A stretch of 62,790 nucleotides of DNA, filler included, from Globobulimina sp. (taxonomy: Eukaryota), in the NCBI GenBank assembly GCA_003354225.1. It is 24 parts of 24 records of this genome, joined end to end, with 100 filler letters (N's around TTAATTAATTAA, not from the genome) between each part and the next. Parts side by side here need not be neighbours in the genome. Positions count along the whole stretch, not along the records: positions 60,272 to 62,790 come from PIVH01006209.1; 23 more parts are not named here. The stretch is one strand, 5' to 3'. Positions 60,272 to 62,790 of this stretch are shown piece after piece (within the stretch, counting starts at the first letter, position 1; each line of letters starts with the position of its first letter). Under the pieces are notes generated by a model that worked only from the letters and a program-made list of their open reading frames with translations, ran no database searches and was not told the DNA's origin. The translations under genes were made by a program, and so were the position numbers.

Positions 60272-61018
60272 GTCTTTTTCTGCGCCTGTACCTCTGTTCT
60301 GTGTAACGTGTGATGCTCTGTGCATTATTTGATCATATTTATAACATGTACGAAAGTTATAACGTGGGAGATATCCTATAGCTTTCAAAACATTCCGTAC
60401 TTTTTCTTGTGGATAATAAGATTTACCAACTTCAGTATTTTCACCTAACCACTCACAGAACGTAGATCCGATATGATTTTGTATCACATCCTTTGCAGAA
60501 TACATTCTTGAAATAATTGCCGGTGTAAACTGTAAATCTAAACTTTCCTCTAATAATATTTTAACACCTCTCATAAAATCTAATTCAATGGCCTTTTGTA
60601 ATGGAGCCTTTCCTTTCGAATCTAAAACATTAACGTCTGGCTTGAATTTCATTAAATGCTGTAATAAGCCGGGACGCCGTTTCTCCACTACTTTACATAA
60701 AATATCATTATTTGACAGTGTTGCTGACATTACCAATCCATCTGATGTTCTATGCTTTTCTCTCAACGGCAATATGTGATTTATAAGGGCTGCATAATTT
60801 GTTCCATATCCTGTTATTTCTGTATACAGATAACTGCTCCTTCCAAAATGACTCATGGCTTTTTCTTCATTCGAATTTTTACTCCGCCGGCTTATTGATT
60901 CGATCAAGCTGAGTAAAGTAACATAATCTTCCTCATATTGTTTGACTACATCCGGAGTGGGAGCAGGAGTACACCAAAATTGACAACAAAATATCAATAA
61001 TATTACGATGGTAAACAT
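60272..61018 (-). CDS. Signal-peptide protein with an ankyrin repeat, truncated
   Basis: MFTIVILLIFCCQFWC leader; PDVNVLDSKGKAPLQKAIELDFMRGVKILLE. Confidence 0.65.
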
Positions 61019-61292
61019 TGTTTTGTTGACTGTTTGAGAATATTTGTTGCTTTGTTGAAAATAGAGAATGATGTGGCTAAATTTAGGATAAAATGTATAA
61101 AATATGAACTAAATTTAGAATGGTAATGTATAAAAGCAAACATTCACTCAAATTTGTATTCATAATCCAGCTGAGAGCAATTTGGTAATAAATTAAAGGT
61201 TTTAACCGGATCGTAACGCAATAAAATAGATATTTTATACATGTTTTTCAATGTTGACGAGCTTGGGTAAACCCAAAATCTTTATTTTTAAT

Positions 61293-62492
61293 TTAAAGTT
61301 TGATTAAATTTTCAACCAACTCTTTATGTGAAGGCAACAACCGCCACATATCATCCTTGTCAAATTGTTTTAATTGAAGTCTAAATTCAAACTCTGTCTT
61401 TCCTTGCAAAATTTTTTTATCTTTCTTAGATTTCCAATCAAATAATAAAGAATCCGTGTCATTCTCGTAAGGATTTAATTCAATTACAACCACATTCTCC
61501 ATCTCAAATTCTTTACTTTCACTTTTTTTATCGTCGGCTCTCGCAATAATTGCAAAATCAATAATATATTTATTATATTTCTTACTTAAAACCTCCCGAC
61601 ATTTATTTTCCCAAAAATCAAAAATCATTTTATAAATAGTCTCTTTATCCTTTATAATGTCATCAAACTTTGCAGTATAATTATACTGCGACATTGCCAC
61701 AAATTTATTGTCATAGATAAATGCTCGAAATTCCTTTCCCGATGAAATAGCAATCCATGGTCGAATAATTATATTTTGTTTAAATTTATAATCTTTATAT
61801 TTCAATGCAATCATTAAATCCGTATAACATCGTTTTGATTTAATTATATTTTGTAAACAGTCCATACCATTTAAACATTGCATTGATTCAAATCCCGATT
61901 CAAATAAAATCTGTACGCAATCATTCAAGCCATATTCAATATTTTTACGTGTTAATTCCTGCATTTTCCCAACATATATTTCCTTTAATTTATCATTTGT
62001 GGCGTCTTTGGGAGAACGACTGCTAAGTTTACAAAAACATCCATCAGTCATTGTGTTTTGAATTATAATTTCATTGATTTGGCTGCAAAGAATTGTTAAT
62101 GATTTACTATTATTTATCTGCTGTTTCATCCATTTATTTGTTTTTTGCTGTTTATGAAACTGTAAAAACGTTTCTGTGATCAATTGTGAGTTTGATATAG
62201 TTAATGGAATAAAATATGTATCAAAGGTAACTGCCTTCAGATCTTTATACCAATTTTCAATGTCGAATAATTCAACATAATCATCATTAACTTTTATATC
62301 TTCATTGCTTAGTTTTTTCTCATTTAAATAGCCTGAAATATCTACGGTTTCTTTATACTGTTGCTTTAATTCACCGCCCTCTGTCTTTCCTGCAATGAAT
62401 ACCTTTCCATCTCTTTGTGTTACTTTCGTCTTTGTTTTTTTCAGTTTCTTTTTCTGTTTAGAACTTTGGATCTCAGCAAAGATGTTGTCCAT
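61293..62492 (-). CDS. Cdc123/R2K-family ATP-grasp protein with N-terminal WH2-like motif
   Basis: FDIENWY, FCKLSSRSPKDA, SKRCYTDL, IRPW..EFRAFI..AMSQY, IIDF and VIELNPY..TDSLLFDW. Confidence 0.85.
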   Translation of the reverse strand: MDNIFAEIQSSKQKKKLKKTKTKVTQRDGKVFIAGKTEGGELKQQYKETVDISGYLNEKKLSNEDIKVNDDYVELFDIENWYKDLKAVTFDTYFIPLTISNSQLITETFLQFHKQQKTNKWMKQQINNSKSLTILCSQINEIIIQNTMTDGCFCKLSSRSPKDATNDKLKEIYVGKMQELTRKNIEYGLNDCVQILFESGFESMQCLNGMDCLQNIIKSKRCYTDLMIALKYKDYKFKQNIIIRPWIAISSGKEFRAFIYDNKFVAMSQYNYTAKFDDIIKDKETIYKMIFDFWENKCREVLSKKYNKYIIDFAIIARADDKKSESKEFEMENVVVIELNPYENDTDSLLFDWKSKKDKKILQGKTEFEFRLQLKQFDKDDMWRLLPSHKELVENLIKL

Positions 62493-62790
62493 GTTTTCAG
62501 TACATGTTTTTATTAAAACTATTTTGATAATGTCAACTAAAAAAAGTGATTGAAATGAGAAACAATACATTTAATGTCATTTATTATACATTATCCGGTG
62601 GTACTTCCATATTTTAGAATTTGATTGTCCACCAATCGCATTTATTTCTGTTCTGTACAAAATTATTTATTGTTCAGTGATAATTTCATGTATTTGTCTG
62701 TCAATTAATTTTATAAAGTTATCCCCTTTGTATTTTATCTCAAATATTGTCGATACCGATCCATATCAGGCAATGGATAAAAATGTAATT

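Noticed and set aside
1..62790. A multi-gene system spanning neighbouring contigs
   Set aside because: Contigs are ordered by length, so adjacency carries no information.

Overview
This window is not one locus. It is 24 unrelated contigs of about 2.5 kb (lengths falling from 2522 to 2519 bp), joined by artificial 100-nt spacers (N-run + TTAATTAATTAA + N-run), so gene neighbourhoods mean nothing across spacers. Most contigs come from an AT-rich protist with short GT-AG introns (55-81 nt); a foraminiferan/rhizarian source is my inference. Recognisable host genes are SCAPER-like, CLP1, PI3K, G-alpha, a DUF3638-type giant protein, an RCC1-repeat protein, a GT60 GlcNAc-transferase, a Sel1-repeat protein, a C2H2 zinc finger, eIF4G, a secreted VLK-like kinase, glutamate synthase, NAGLU, an M43 metalloprotease and a Cdc123-like ATP-grasp protein. 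Mobile elements include a Penelope-like element, two Ty3/gypsy-type pieces, a BEL/Pao element with one LTR, a DIRS-type RNase H and a Kolobok/Mutator-like DDE transposase. One contig is a Bacteroidota phage or prophage fragment. Two contigs are bacterial-eukaryote chimeras (ybaN plus a structured RNA candidate; polA), which suggests whole-genome-amplified material. The best leads are: a WH2-fused Cdc123-like ATP-grasp enzyme; a signal-peptide F-box protein and a signal-peptide ankyrin protein; a gypsy element with pol in the +1 frame; an apparently endonuclease-less tandem Penelope-like element; a phage stand-alone DnaA domain IV gene at divergent promoters; and a GGA-rich bacterial RNA. All family assignments come from motif recognition by eye; no searches were run.
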